Shown here in pieces: positions 12,570-26,249 of a stretch of DNA of 64,000 nucleotides. Numbering within the stretch: position 1 is the first letter of the stretch; each line of letters begins with the position of its first letter. The DNA comes from Glaucostegus cemiculus. Its lineage: Eukaryota. The notes under the pieces are model-generated. The model searched no databases, had not been told where the DNA came from, and saw only the letters and a list, made by a program, of their open reading frames with translations. The DNA lies in assembly GCA_976551045.1 (NCBI GenBank), contig CDPCPM010000281.1, forward strand, positions 1,922,001 to 1,986,000. Direction: 5' to 3'. The translations under genes were made by a program, and so were the position numbers.

Positions 12570-12710
12570 ACAGTGGAAATGCTCAACAAATTGGATAGTA
12601 TCTGTGAGGAGAGTATTAGATTTAACATTTCAGGTCAATGACCCTTCCTCAAAACTGATGTTTCAGTATTCCATTTTGACTTCATTTGTTTTTAGCATGT
12701 ACAGTTTTTG
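12570..12710. mobile_element. Penelope-type repeat with a degenerate hammerhead motif (minus strand)
   Basis: Minus strand reads TTGAGGAAGGGTCATTGACCTGAAATGTTAA, flanked by the usual arms. Confidence 0.6.
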
Positions 12711-13399
12711 TCAAGTAGTTGGGTATTTTAAATGCTCTTCTTAAAAAAAACCCTGCTACTTAATAATTCTTTGCCCCCTTTTGAACTTGTTAAGTTAAGC
12801 AAGATGAAAGCAGAAAAATTCCACACGGCAGCTGATGCACTTTACCTTATTAATTACAGCATCATATCTCCTGCATGTGGAAATTCAGTTTTCTTTATCC
12901 ATGATCTTTAGAAAGCTGTTTTCTCTGCTCTTTGATCATTTGTACATAGTTCTCTTCCCAAAATATTCTCTGTTCATTCTTGGTTATAAAACTGGGAGAC
13001 CTTTGAAAATGACTTTTCTTTTGAGGAAACAGCACAATGTTAACATGAGGATTATTTCTGATGGTGAATCTTGGATTTCAAATTCTCAAAATTTTAACAT
13101 ATGACACTTAAAACAAAAAAATATGTATTGTTTTGACTTTCATTCTTGCATCATAAAAATGCTGAATAGTTCCACTGTATTGTCAGATGCAGTGGTAGTT
13201 ACAGAAAAGACATGTAATAATGATAATGCATTACTTAAACTATGGTAATCTGTATGACGAAGTAAGCTCTTAACTCTGTGCTGAAGGAACTTAATTATAG
13301 CTTTAACATATTGTATAAACCACTTGGGGTTTTCAAAGCCAAATTGCAGGGCAGTTTTACTGCCTGCCTTTTATAGGGCAGTTCTAGGTTCCTGGAAAT

Positions 13400-13850
13400 T
13401 CAGGAACTTGAGCAAGCATTTCTCATTGGGCTGCAGAAGGGCAAAACAATGGGAGGAGAACTGTTTGAAAATCTGCAGCCCAGGGAAGGGCAGAAAGGAA
13501 TCTTACAGAGCAAAGAGAAATAAATGGTTGAGAGAAAAACCTAGTGAAAGCTGGGAAATGGATAAAATTCCAAATGAGAAAAGCTAACAACTCGAATGGA
13601 GTTGACTTCTGGAGATTCAGCGCAGCAGCTGAGTTGAATGCGTTCACTGGCCATTCTTTAAGTGCTGTGTTCTGAAACCAGTGGCTGAGAGTGGGACATC
13701 AGAGTGCGCATCAGATCAGAGTGGAGAAGTGATGGGTAGAGATGAGAGTCAATGAAGTGGAACAGGAGTCATAGCTGAAGATGACATGTGGGAGAATGAC
13801 CAAATAGTAATGTGTGACTGATGAAAATGATCAGCCCCTGAACCTGGAGC
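13400..13850 (-). mobile_element. Old L2-like fragment (tentative)
   Basis: GA-rich decayed segment with the texture of antisense L2; no intact motif. Confidence 0.3.
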
Positions 13851-14199
13851 CTGGTTTTAGCTGCATTACCAATGGTAATTAAGCAGGAAAAGAATACTTC
13901 CATTGTTCAAAACAGTGATCATAGATTTATTAGCTTATAACATTAATTTGAACTTTTGAAACAAGTTGACAGTATTACTGTGTGTCGCATTAATCAGAGT
14001 GTTCACAGTTACCGCTGTGTCAACTTGATGTCAATAATTGCCTTATAAATTGGGACTGGTCTCTGAAAGAGGAAATCTTCATTCCAGAGTACTTTCAAGG
14101 CCTGTTTCCACATTTAAACAGTAACCACCTAGTATGAGGATGAAACATTTTGAAATACAGTCATAATTTTTATATGCAACACTTTTGCAAATAGCAGTG

Positions 14200-14320
14200 A
14201 AGATATGTCTGGCCTGAAGTGTTGTCCTTTTTGTTTTCTCTGCCGATGATTATTGACCTCCTGAGTGCTTCTTACATTTTCTGTTTTTGTTTTGGACTGC
14301 TTGTGCCTGCAGTTTCTATC
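14200..14320 (+). mobile_element. Penelope-type terminal repeat remnant
   Basis: GGCCTGAAGTGTTG...GACCTCCTGAGTGCTTCTTACATTTTCTGTTTTTG...CCTGCAGTTT. Confidence 0.5.
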
Positions 14321-17300
14321 TGTCCATCAGTAAATGTCAATAGTACTGTTTACAGAATGTTTAGAATGAATTATCATGGGTTACATAATAAAAGTATAAA
14401 TCAAGTGCCTACTTAATCCATCATGTGTGCACAAGGCTTTCCACTGATACACGGTGTGCCACTACCTGGTAATCTCTATTTTGATAGTATGCAGCACTTA
14501 TTTAATCTGGGCCTAGCACTCCTCTACAGTGCATTACACTGAGGATGTGGGTTAATTTCGATAATGTTCCATTTATTGCTGATTCACTATCTTTTCTTTC
14601 CGCAGTGGCTAAACAAAGCAACTTGGGCACACATTTAATTAGCTTTCCAGGGTTCCTGTTTTAGTAATGTTTGAACACTACTGACAGAAGACATTAAGAC
14701 TTTTGATGTGCTCTTTGTCAGCAGAAAATAATTACATTCTTAACTTGTACGGAACAGTTGACGTAAATGCTGGCCAATGAAAAACAACTTTGTGTAGAAC
14801 ATTGTTGTGTGTCACTGACCAGTGACAAAAGTTGCCATTGTTTATGATGTGTATAAATTCCTTCAGGAAGAAATTCAAAGTGCATTTTTGCTGATTAGTA
14901 TTGAAATGCTTCTTTATGCAGAGCGTTCTATTTCTTATTAGAAACACAGTGAGCCTTTATAGCAGATGCACACTGTGCTGTAAATCTGAATGGGAACAGA
15001 ACAGTATGAGCAGATTAACCTATCGAGCACTGACTTTAATCTGCTGCCAATCTGTCACCCTGCTGTGCAATAAACCCCTGACAAAGTGAGGGCGATAGAC
15101 TGGATATCTCATTTATTATTCTATTTTTCTGCCATTTATTTTTCTGAGGACGTGTTCAATCGTTCCTCTTGGCCCAACCATTTAATTCCTTGGATCATGA
15201 ATGACTGACAGAAGAGTAATGTAGTCTGGGATACAGATACTTCTCCTATGTGTTGCTTCAATCAGCTGTGCAGGGATAATGCATTGGGATTAAGTTTTTT
15301 TTAATTAAACCTTGCAACTTTTATTGGCAATGTCCAATTTAGATTTCTGAATCTCCCTGTATATCTCATTTAAGATCATGGCTTGACCACTGGAAGTGTA
15401 TTGGTCAAGCACTAGGTAGCTCTTTAACTTTCAAGGTACTGAGGGCACAAAAGGCTACATTTTAATGTGGTGCCAATGTAGCTTTATTTTACTATGTCTA
15501 CCAAGTAAATTGAATGACAGTCTAACAACTTGCATCAAATTAATTGCCTTATAAAGTTGCTGTAGGTAGGATGGAATCAGCAGGATACTTTGAACTATAG
15601 TGGTGATATAATGACTATACACACACATGGCTTTGGAATTAAAATAACACTGTACCAACATTCAATTTCATGTTGCATAGCAAAGCTGTTTACTTTTGAG
15701 GATAAGTACAGTGAAAACTGCTACCGCCTTCCTAGCAGTACAGCAAAGAAGCAGGAAACTTAAAGAACCCTTATGTATTTGTATGTGGGTGATTTATTCA
15801 TTTAAAAAAATCCATCCTCTGTTATTCATTAATAATTTAACAGCCACAATAAAATAATGCTTTTCTCTCCAGAGGTAAAGAGCTGACTCAGAAGACATAC
15901 TCTTGGAACCAGATTCCACATTCTTTGAATCCTTCGGTTCTCTTCCTGGTTCTAGTTAACACCCTACAAATACTTGATAATGGTAATTTTCCAAATTTAA
16001 GGAGAGTATCACACCATTAGAGGACTTGTCATAACACCCGGTCCACATCACCCTCGAATCTGTCCTGATCAGACCATTTCCCTGCCTGCTGTGTGATGTT
16101 CATAAAGTACCTCCCATCGCAGTACGTTCTGCTTTTGCATCAAGCTAAAGTTGCTGGACTACCTGCACTTCATAATGCTTCACATCCTATAACATGAACT
16201 AGTTTGAGCTGAACCTGAACTATTGACAACACTTTAAACTTCTCTTCATCTGTGGCCTTCCAACTTCTGAAATTAAAGACAAAAACTAGCTGTTTGTATA
16301 GGTTAGTATAAGGATTAACCACTTGATGTATGCATTTCTGAAAGCATCACTAAGTGTTTAAACATAAGTTCAAATATGCACTTGTTTAATATTAGCAGAG
16401 ACTCTTGTACTTAGACTATTACTCAACGAGATGGAAGGATTCAGCTTGGTTGAAAGTTGTGCTTTGACTTTAAGGTTTGTATTTATTTTGTTGATGAGAT
16501 TTTAGTATCAAAATATTTTTAGGTTAGATTGGTTTAGTTACAACTTATGTTGGTCAGAAGTTTCAGTTTAACTGGGAAGGACTGAGATCTGTCCCTCTCC
16601 ATGCCAGCAAAAGATTGACTCTGGTAAAGACTTGATGTGTGAAATGGATGAAAATTGAACTTGCTCCTCAGAATTGCAGTGATTCAATTAGCAACCATTA
16701 TGACAAATTGGGGGAACTGTGGATAGATCCTGTCCTGCAGACCTAAAAAAAAATGTTTTTTGTAGATAAAATGACTGTAAAAGGGTAATAAATTAATATA
16801 AATTTTGTGAGATGGAGTAGTTGGAAGTAATAAAAACTTTGCTGTGCTGAGTTCGCATGTAGGGGGCAATGTGGAGTTGATGTGTTGTGTCACCCCCCCT
16901 GAGTATTTTCTAATGTCCTTTTGAAAAACTCTTCACTTCATTTCCTTCCACAATTTTGATGGAACAGGAGCTAATCCTAACGTGTGAAAGCAATTCTTAG
17001 CGGCTGAGGATCATGTCAATTGCAGAACATCAAAAGGAAAAGATAATTTGGAAGAAAATCAATAATGCTACTTTTTAGAATGTGTGAGCTGTGTAAGTTT
17101 AGTAGACAAATCACCTGTTCAGTTACTGTCTCGGCAACAGGATTTTGTAGTATGGAGAAACTTGTGTAATCCCAAGGGGACCAACACCTCGCCTTCCATA
17201 CTAGTTGATAGGAATGGAGAGATAGAAGGATCAAAGATCACTTCAAAGAATTGTTCTTGTGGTAGAATGGGTGTTCAGGGATTGGGTGTGGTCCCTCAAA

Positions 17301-17939
17301 CTAAGTTCTCAAGAGGACGGAAAGAATGGAAGATCCCTGAGGACTCCTTCCCAAAAAGAAGTTTGAGAGGTCTTGTCCAGTAAACTGATGAATGGAGAGT
17401 TTAATGAACTGGAAGGAGAGGAAACCTTCTCTGTACCGGAGTCATAAGTAATCTTTTCACATTTTTTTAGTAACTTGAGAATGACAGCCAGTAATTTTAA
17501 AAACAAAGGTTTATAAAAGCTAAATTTAGTGGCCTTCTCAGAGGTAGACCTTTTATGGTAAGTTTTTCAGCAATACAGAGGAGTTGGTCCAGTGCTTGAG
17601 TGGGGACAGCCAATTTTATATATGTATGCCTCGTATGTACATCCATCTTTTAATAATGAAAACAAAGGAAAAGAAACAAACAGCTGCCCAATCTTTGCAC
17701 TTTACTTTGCACAAAGTCCTCCATACAATCTTTCAATGGAGTACGTTGCCAAATTAGGGTGAGCAATGCAAAGATTTGACAAGGAGAGCTTAAGAGATGG
17801 TCTTGTTCTCTTGTATCACAAGCAGTCATGAATATATTATAATAACAAAAACTTGAAACGACAAAAATAACTTTCCATTTCTATGCAAAAATGCAACAAA
17901 TCATTGTAAATTTCTTGCATTTCATTTTTTTTAAACAAC

Positions 17940-18261
17940 CTAGAAGGAGGCAATTCGGCCCACTGAGTCTATGCTGGCCCTCTGAGCATTCCCTTTGGTC
18001 CCATTCCCCTATTCACTCCCCTGTAAACAGTTTACTTGCTCCACCCCTCCCTGACTCTAAGCCACCCACCCATACAAGGGGCAATGCACTGTAGCCAACC
18101 AACTTACTGGCATGTGTTTGATATGAAATTGGAGCACCTGGAGACCCTACACAGCCACTGGGTGAATGGAAGACCTCTCCCAAAGCACTGGAGTCAGGAC
18201 TGAACCTCAGTTGCTGGAGCCACAGGGCAACCGCACTACCTGCTGTGCCACTGTGCTGCCC
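17940..18261 (-). mobile_element. HE1-like V-SINE, full length and diverged
   Basis: Minus strand begins GGGCAGCACAGTGGCACAGCAGGTAGTGCGGTTGCC (tRNA-like head) and ends in a CR1-type tail (GTGGGCCGAATTGCCTCCTTCT). Confidence 0.8.
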
Positions 18262-18399
18262 TTATTTTTTGTTTTGTTTTTACGGAAAGACGAGAAAACT
18301 TTCTGTAGATCTGGAAATTTATTTTGATTTTGTTTTATTTAATTTATGAATTTTTTAAATGAATTAATCATTTTTATTATTCACATGAATCACAAAGAA

Positions 18400-18495
18400 T
18401 TGGAATGGAACATGTGTATGAGCGTAGATGGACATTTTGTTCAGCACTGACAAGTTGGGCCGAAGGGCCTGTTTCCCTGCTGTATAACTCCATGA
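18400..18495 (+). mobile_element. HER1/CR1 3' tail
   Basis: AAGTTGGGCCGAAGGGCCTGTTTCCCTGCTGTATAACTCCATGA. Confidence 0.8.
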
Positions 18496-19599
18496 AAATA
18501 CAGGTCTGCCTGGCTCGTTGATCAGTGCTTTGTTGCTTTATGCTTTACATTGAATTATTTTTTCAAGCTACCCTTCTGCTGAATATTGTTGCATTGGCCT
18601 ATTCAGATGGCAAGAATGGCACTTACAGCTGGAGAAGGATGGAGGGATTGTGTACTTTGTTCACTTGGAAAATCATACCTTTTTGTGACTACTTCCTGGC
18701 TTGTCTGTCTACAGCAGGAGAACTTTGCTATCCCTGTATTGCAAAGTATGGGATCAGTGCATTATTAAACCAATAGATCCTCATGTATCATTATGGTGGT
18801 TTGTATGTTGAGCCATTAATACATTTTCTTCCATTCTCAGAAATTGTACTACTTGCAGAAATCCATCATTTTTACATGACAGAACAGTTATAAAGTAAGT
18901 GAGGTTTGTTGCACTCGCTTCAAATGTCTCTGACCTTCCTAAACTTGAGGTGTACTGCAACCTACAATCTCTCATGTCGGCAGTAATAGCTTCCCAAGAG
19001 GTTTCATTGGACAAGTCACAGTAATAAATGAGGTTTTACTCTTGAGTGTGTGTCCTCCAATCTGTATCATACACAGTGCTGAGTGGGTACCAAAGAGTTT
19101 CTCTATCCAGTTCCTTTCTTGCCAAGCCGCATTTAAAACTGCACAACAATGTTAATTCAGCTAGAGATGCTTCACAGGCATGCAGTAAACAGGTACACCT
19201 AGCACAGAAATAAGAAGATGAATTGCAGTAGCTAAGTCAAGTTAACATATTTCATAATGTTTTCAAAATAGGATTACTTTCGGTCATAAAGCTGGCCTTC
19301 TGAGGATCTTACTTTAAAGCTGGATACATTGCCAATTATGTTGAGCTTCCTTGCTCACCCTGCATCTTGTGCTAGCTCTGTGAACAGCTACTTTAAGACA
19401 CAGCCCAAAACTATGCTCCACAATGTACACATGGTAGTTATTTAAATAATGGTTTGAAGGGGAAACTGTATCTGAAACTGAAAATAGTTAATTTGCAAAC
19501 TCCACTTTCCAATTATGGAATATGCCTGAAGGAACACTAAAATGTAGGTTGCAGTGTGCATGTTTATCTGTCTAACATTAATGGAATTATTTCATATAC

Positions 19600-19870
19600 T
19601 GTTTGCATTTACGAAGTGCCTTTCACAACCACAAGATATCTCAAAATACCTCACGGCCAACAAAGAGCTTTTTGAAGTGCAGCCACTTCTGTAACACAGG
19701 AAACTCGCAAGTCAATCCTCAAACTGCAAGAAAAACCCAAATAAACAGCGAAATGATGATTACTTATCCTCCTTGATTAAAAGACAACTGTTGTACAGAA
19801 CACTTCCTCCTGCTTGAAAAGATTCTCAGTGGGATCTTTTGCAGCCTCACAAAAGTCTAAGTGAGGCATT
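19600..19870 (-). mobile_element. Deu-domain SINE (SacSINE1/AmnSINE1-like)
   Basis: TTTGCATTTACGAAGTGCCTTTCACAACC...TTTTGAAGTGCAGCCACTTCTGTAAC...GTGGGATCTTTT is antisense to the Deu-SINE body and tail. Confidence 0.65.
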
Positions 19871-21084
19871 GGTTCACCAAATCTCAACCAAAGCTGTTGT
19901 CCCCAGCAGTGAAATGGGCAAATTGCACACACAGTCCATTTGAGTTTATTTTACTTAGATTACATTTACAGGTTCTACTAAAATTCATTTCAATGATCAC
20001 AAATGTGAAATCCTGCATTGACCAGTGCAATTCAGCAGCATGATATAAAGTCTTTTACAACAGAAAATCTTCCTTGATGCAGTTATAACTGGTAGCCTGG
20101 CGTGGATGTATTAATTCAGCTGAAAATTGACTTATCACTAAAATTAAACATTCCTAATGATGTTCGATCTTACACCTATGAGTAGTCAAATTTTAACCAC
20201 TGAAAATCAGTTCCTTAATTTTGGTGGTTGAATTGTCATGGCTCTAGTGTCCACAATTTGATATGATCTCTTTGTGGTCACTCTTTAATCACATACTGTA
20301 GTATTGGTCTGAGAATGGTAAGGACCATTTGTGGGAAGGCAATGGCCTGTTAATTTGTGCTTTGTCTGATTTTGCTCATCATTAATCAAAACCCCAGCAC
20401 ACTAGCTTTTGAGAACCCAGTTGCCTCAATCATTCAGCTGTAGCTTTGTATTGGTCCTCCCCATGTTGCAGCAGGCTTCTGTTCCTGTGAACAATTCATA
20501 ACCCAGACAGTTTGCAAGTCAGAAATGCGGCCAGGAACTGAATTCTACACAGCAGAAGATACCTGTAACCCCGCAGTAGCTGGCAAATCTATCCTGCTGG
20601 TCTCCTAGTGCTTGTTTGTATGAACAGGGTGTACATAAGTTCAGGACTTCATAATTTGGGGAGGAACTATACTCCGGTACAGAAAGAGTCTCTGAGTGAC
20701 TACAAAATTGGGAACCTATAATTTTCAATAGAGTATAGAAGCGATCAGGAAACCTGCATCCTGTCTGAGGCGCTGTACTTCAGGAAAAATGTCAACTTTG
20801 TGTTGAAATACAAGAAGAAAATCACTGAGCTGAAAATGAGCACCCTTTCCATTAGAAGGTTGAGGATCTGTTTATTAGAAGTCTGGAGCCTTTCATTATA
20901 AGGTTGAGGTGAACAATTATGCTTGACAAGAGACTGTTTAGGCTAGTTTTTTTTGCTACAAAGCAGAATGGGGGAGATTTGATTGAGGTTGTGAAATGTG
21001 GGAGACCAGGGCAGTATAATCAGGATCTATTTCCCACCATTAATAACTCATTGCACAAGTTTAGCAGCTTCATATGCTGAGAAC

Positions 21085-21275
21085 TGCTCTCATTCCACGA
21101 TTGTGACTCATCCTATCACTTCCTTTGTTCTTCACACCCCTCCCTTCACCTTTCCTCCTACTGAAAACCTCCTTGCATCTCTCTTTTAACCAGTCCTGAC
21201 AAAGGCTCACAGACCTGAAGCATTGACAATGCTGCCTGCCTTGCTGTGTTTTTCCAGCATTTTCTGTGCTTTTAT
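21085..21275 (+). mobile_element. Penelope-type 3' terminal repeat with a degenerate hammerhead motif
   Basis: Pyrimidine-rich leader, then CAGTCCTGACAAAGGCTCACAGACCTGAAGCATTGAC and TTCCAGCATTTTCTG. Confidence 0.6.
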
Positions 21276-21284
21276 CGATTTCTC

Positions 21285-21570
21285 TTAGCAGAGAGGTTAG
21301 TGATTAGAGGGCATAGGTTAATTAATCAATCAATGGATTAGAAGGGAATTAAAAACATAGTCAGAGGGCTTGGGGATATGGGACTCACTGCCTGGATGTG
21401 TGGTGGAGGCTGCAAACCATTTAAGAATGTAACGGGATGAGCACTTGATGATCCAAAATCTGAGGGAATGTGGATCAAGGATCGGGAGTGACATTAATTC
21501 TGAAGTCCCTTTTTATCCAGCACGGAGAGTGGGCCAAATAGCTTCTTTGTTGCTACAAATTTGTTTGATT
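21285..21570 (+). mobile_element. CR1-type LINE 3' fragment
   Basis: AGAGGGCATAGG (RGH), TGGGACTCACTGCCTG (WxSLP), GTGGTGGAGGC (VVEA), then a GGGCCAAATAGC tail. Confidence 0.65.
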
Positions 21571-21649
21571 CTGGTTCAAACCAATGTCAACAGAGACAGT
21601 GGGTTGAATTGAGAAATGTTCTTTGCACTGGTGACTTTAAAAAAAAAAT

Positions 21650-22000
21650 GTATTCATTCTTCAGGGAGTGGGCATTGCTGCCATTTGTAGTCTCTGCCTA
21701 AATGCCATTGAGAGGATGGTGGTGAGCCACTTTCATGAACTACTGCAGTATTTCTATGAAGGTCCTCTTGCAATGGTGTTGGGAGTGGAGTTCCATTGGT
21801 TAGGACCAGCACTGATGAAGGACTGGCAGTACATTTCCAAGTCAGTATGGTGCAGAACTTGCAGTTTCACTCCAACTGCTGCCCTTATTCTTATTGGTGG
21901 TATGGGAGCAAATAACTGCAATGCACTGCAGCCACATACTTGTGCTTGGTAAGTGATAGAATGATTTTGGGATGTCAAGGTGTTAGTCATTCGTATCAAA
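21650..22000 (-). mobile_element. 3' end of the second CR1/L2-group LINE family (YKAQVR type)
   Basis: TTGAGAGGATGGTGGTGAGCCACTTTCATGAACTACTGCAG...GGTGTTGGGAGTGGAGTTCCA, homologous to 38370-38560 and antisense to 62030-62130. Confidence 0.65.
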
Positions 22001-22134
22001 AGAACCTGAGTGCACTTGTAGCCACAGTACTTATGTTGCTGGCCCTGTTGAGCAGTATTAAGCAACAAACAATCATGTGTGTGTGATCCCAACGATGTTG
22101 CTGGTAGCTGACTCAATGGTGACAAAGTTATATC

Positions 22135-22355
22135 ATTATCACTAACAGAATGAAGTAAGAGGTTAGGAGAGTGTTTCTTCCTGTAGAATGATTAAGATAT
22201 GAAATTCTTTAGAATGGTGGAACAGAATCACTGAGGTTGTTTGATGAGATTGGGTAATTGAGCATTTGGAATTTTGATTGACAATGGGAAAAGAACAAGG
22301 GAATTGGGCTAAGTGTTCACCTCTCAAAAAGCTCGAAATCATTTCTTTCTTTTGC
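22135..22355 (+). mobile_element. Old CR1 3' fragment
   Basis: AGAGGTTAGGAGAGTGTTTCTTC...AGAATG...TGAAATTCTTT, matching the degraded FFTQRVV-WNSLP region. Confidence 0.4.
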
Positions 22356-24874
22356 AAACTTCAGTGATTCCACACCCTGGCTCAAAGTCCATTCTAACTG
22401 CTGACCACTTTATAAATGCTGACAGACTTGGTTTGTCAGTTTGATCATTTTCCACTTTTCTGTTTTCTCACTTGCAGCATTATGTTCCCTCTGACACTTC
22501 TCAAATTACATTGTGTATCTTTTTTTCTAAGGTTGCTTCTGTTCAATGTTCTTGTTTGTTGCAAAGCAACTTGATTGGATGATCTGATACATTCTAATGT
22601 GAAATCTTGTTTTATCGGCCCAGTTTGTTTTGCCAGTCCTTGGTCTGTGGAAATCAAACTTGGCAGGTCTTTTAATATATTGAAACTCTGATTAATTTTT
22701 AATATCTGCCTTAGTTGCTTTCAAAACAATTTGAAGTCTGCATGCCAACAAGTTTGTCCTTCAGTGATTATCACTCTTCATGCTTACTGATAATTATGGT
22801 TTATTTTCTAATTAGCAGAGGCTAACTTCAAAGAATGTTGCACCCATTAATCCAGCAATCTCCGTAGTGAGAACCTCCCCATTTCTGCTATTAGATGTCA
22901 GTTCTAAAGGATCTCAGACACCCAGCAGCTGTGGTGTTGGCAAACTGGCTGAGCTGCCAAACGTATATTAAAGAGCTCTAATGCAGTAAGTCTGGAAGAA
23001 AAAAACACACACATGCATGATTAAGGTTCAGGATAAAAACCATGAACATTTATAAGAAGTGAAAATTTGAATCATTTTCACCTCTTATTTATCTATACAA
23101 TTTATCTCTGAGGGAATTGCAAATTTATTTTGGAAAGCAGCAGTTACACCTTTCAATGTCATTGAATGACTTGCTTAAGCATGTCTTCAGATAATTTTAG
23201 TGTGAGCTGTTACTTAGCAGCTGAAGTTCCCGTCAATTCAGCTGATTTCCCTTGATTCCAATGGTGAGGACTACAAACTGCAGTCTACAAAGGAGAGTGC
23301 AATTGCTGACAGCAACTTTAGGATTTCTACATTAATCTTCAGACAAACAGTTGTCCCCAAGTTGTCGTCAATTTTACTCGGTAATGTCAGTGAATGACAA
23401 TAGTTTCTCCATTATTACAATTGCAAAACCTGACACAATATTTTGTCTGCCACTGAAACACCAAATGCATTGTTTATACCAGCTATTTTGCAAGTGATTG
23501 AACTGATGCCTCGAATCCAGCCAGTTCTGTAACCCTCTGAAGATGGCTGTGTTCTATTAACTTCCTATTGTGGAGAATGTTGGATTAGCCTGCTTCAGAG
23601 GCAGAGCTGCTGTTGCTGAGCTCAAAGTCTGAGATTTTTAAAATAGTTGTCAAACCATAATACAGCTGTAATGTTTTTGATTCTCTTCATTGGCAAAACT
23701 GACAACCCATCTTAAACCCGGTTTAGTTTCCTCATGTCTAATATTACAGGCAGTTTAGCTGGAAGCCATTGCAAAGTGAAAGGCAAAGTTAGTTCTTTAT
23801 TTCATGCTACATTTAATCTTGGGCAGATAGAACATTTAAATCTCAGGGAGCATTGAGAGGAGTGAGGGAGAGTGCACATGGCAAGGTGCTTCAGAAAATT
23901 GTAATGCATGTACTGTGATTAGGTTTTATTTCATGCTACATTTACGACGTTTTTTGTTGTATTTTTTTTATTTTGAAGGATTGGGAGCTCAATGCACATT
24001 TCCAGAGCTGTGAGGAAGCACCAGAAGGTGCCGTTCTTTTTAGGTAGCTTAATTATTAGATATCTCAAATTGACATTCATGATGCATAGTTAAGGAAGGA
24101 ACTTGGCACAGCCCTTTTGTTTTAAATTTTCATTGGATTTGTGGAGGGTACATGATACTTCTGTCATCATTCATTTCCAGCTATATGTTCCCTGATTCCA
24201 AAACATTGTGGTCATAGAAACTGTTGAAGAGAACATGTGCCCTGAAATTAATCTCTTTTAAGTATCTGTCAGGAAACATTTCATTTAAAATACCTTGTCC
24301 ACCATTTTACTGGAAGCATTAATCCATTTTAAGTGGGTTTTAGTTCTTTGTTAAACAAAGGGAAGGCATCTTCTACAGACATGTTAAGCACATATGTACA
24401 CAGATATTCAAGAATCCTAATCTCAAGACAAATATGTATGCGGTTTCCAATACTCACACCACGATGCTCAGACTTGACAGAGTCTGCTAACAGATCCAGC
24501 ATGTGTGTCCATAAGATTTCATTCAGGAGTGCTCCATTATAGGGCACCAAGGCTTGAACTCAAAAGTAAAGCACTGCTCACAAGTGTCCCATGGAGGTCA
24601 ATACAATGCGATGGTTATGTATTATTATATCGGAATCTCTCCTGTTGCTTGGATACATGATTCAGATGTACATCAGAGGAGCATTTTGCAGTGACCTTTG
24701 GCCTCTTCACTTTTTAATGTGCTTGCTTTTGGCTTTTGGATTAAAACACTGGTACTTGGAAATCCTGGGATTTATTTCAAACAGAATCTGTTTGTTTAGG
24801 CCAAGACTTGAAACTCATTCTAATGACAATGCAGCTATCTTTTTAAAAAAGAACTGTGCATGTATGGGTTTGGT

Positions 24875-25143
24875 GTGATCTGTATGGAGATTGCACATTC
24901 TCTCTGTGACTGCATAGGTTTCCTCTGCATGCTCTGGTTTTTCTCCCACATCCCAAACGCATATAGATTGGTAGGTTAATTGGCCACTGTAAATTCACTT
25001 GAATGTATAAGTGAGTGATAGAATCTGAAGCGGTTAATGTGAACATTAGGAGAATAGAATAGCATTTGTGTAAATGGCTGTTTAATGGTTGGAATGATCT
25101 TGTTGGGCTGAAGAACCTGTTTCCATGCTGTCTCTTGCCATGA
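24875..25143 (+). mobile_element. HE1-like V-SINE lacking the tRNA head
   Basis: TGTATGGAGATTGCACATTCTCTCTGTGACTGCATAGGTTTCCTC...CTCCCACATCCCAAA...GGTAGGTTAATTGGCCACTGTAAATT...TTGGGCTGAAGAACCTGTTTCCATGCTGT. Confidence 0.85.
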
Positions 25144-25849
25144 AGCTTATAGATTCATAATTCAGAAAGTTGATCCACTTACACCATTGTTATTGATTGG
25201 ATTTTACTTGTTGCAAGATCATACACAAGTATGTATGACCTGGCCTTAGTTTATGCATAGCTATTTTGCATAGATTTTCTCTGGAAGAAGCATTGTAACT
25301 AATTATGAATTTGTATTCCAGCTACATTTTGTCAACTGTTAATTATACCTAATTATCTGAGATTTATACTTGGAGCCATGTGTGCAAGAAGGAGTAGCTA
25401 AGATAAAAGGAAGAATGGAATCATTCACTTTTGATGGTTTGTGAAAGGTCGATTTTTTTTATTTTTATTTTTAGGACTCATTTTATTCCTCTGCCTCTAA
25501 AGGCTTCCCAGGTTACGCACCATTCATTGGCTAAATGGCTTGGCAAGTGGTGTGCTCTGCTAATGCTGCTGTATAAGGGTTTATCTGCAGATTCACAGTA
25601 TTACAATACTTCATGTCAAGGATTTGACAGGATTTTCCACAGCCCCTCTCCTGGATCCCTTGGAATTTTGCATTGGTACTTGCATCTTTTTTCAGGTCTA
25701 TATGCAAATAAGGGCCTTGTAGACAAATGGTAAATCGCAAACAACAGTCTAAATCTCTTCTCTGCCTAGGCAATGCTGATTTATGGTTCTTTGAACAAAC
25801 ATATGTTATGCACAGCTTCTTGTGTGCTGCCTCAATAAAAACACCTGGT

Positions 25850-26200
25850 ATACATCATCAACAGTGTTTCTGAAAATAAAATGCCCCAAGACCTTTCGTT
25901 GGAATGTTATCAAATATAAATCAACACTCAGCTGCATTTTGGGGCAGGTAACCAAAAGCTTACTGAAAGAATTAGGGTTTGAGGAGTGTTTCAAAGGAGG
26001 TGAGAGAGGCAGGGAGGTTTGGAGAGGTAATTCCAGAGCTTAGATTCTTGTCACTGGAAGGTATGGCCACCAATGAGGGAATAGCTAATTTTGGGCTTGA
26101 ACAAAAGCTGTGAAGTGAAGGGATGCAGACATCACAGAGGGTAATAGATTGGTTTAGAAAGTAGCAGGAGTGAGACCATGGAGATTTGAAGATGATGAGA
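25850..26200 (-). mobile_element. L2 LINE 3' end
   Basis: AACCAAAAGCTT...GGGTTTGAGGAGTGTTTCAAAGG...GGGAGGTTTGGAGAGGTAATTCCAGAGCTTAG is antisense to LWNxLP...FKTLLK, visible at the end of ORF 25972-26289. Confidence 0.7.
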
Positions 26201-26249
26201 AAACAGGCTCTTTGCCCCACATTGTCCATCTGATCAAGAAGTACCCATC

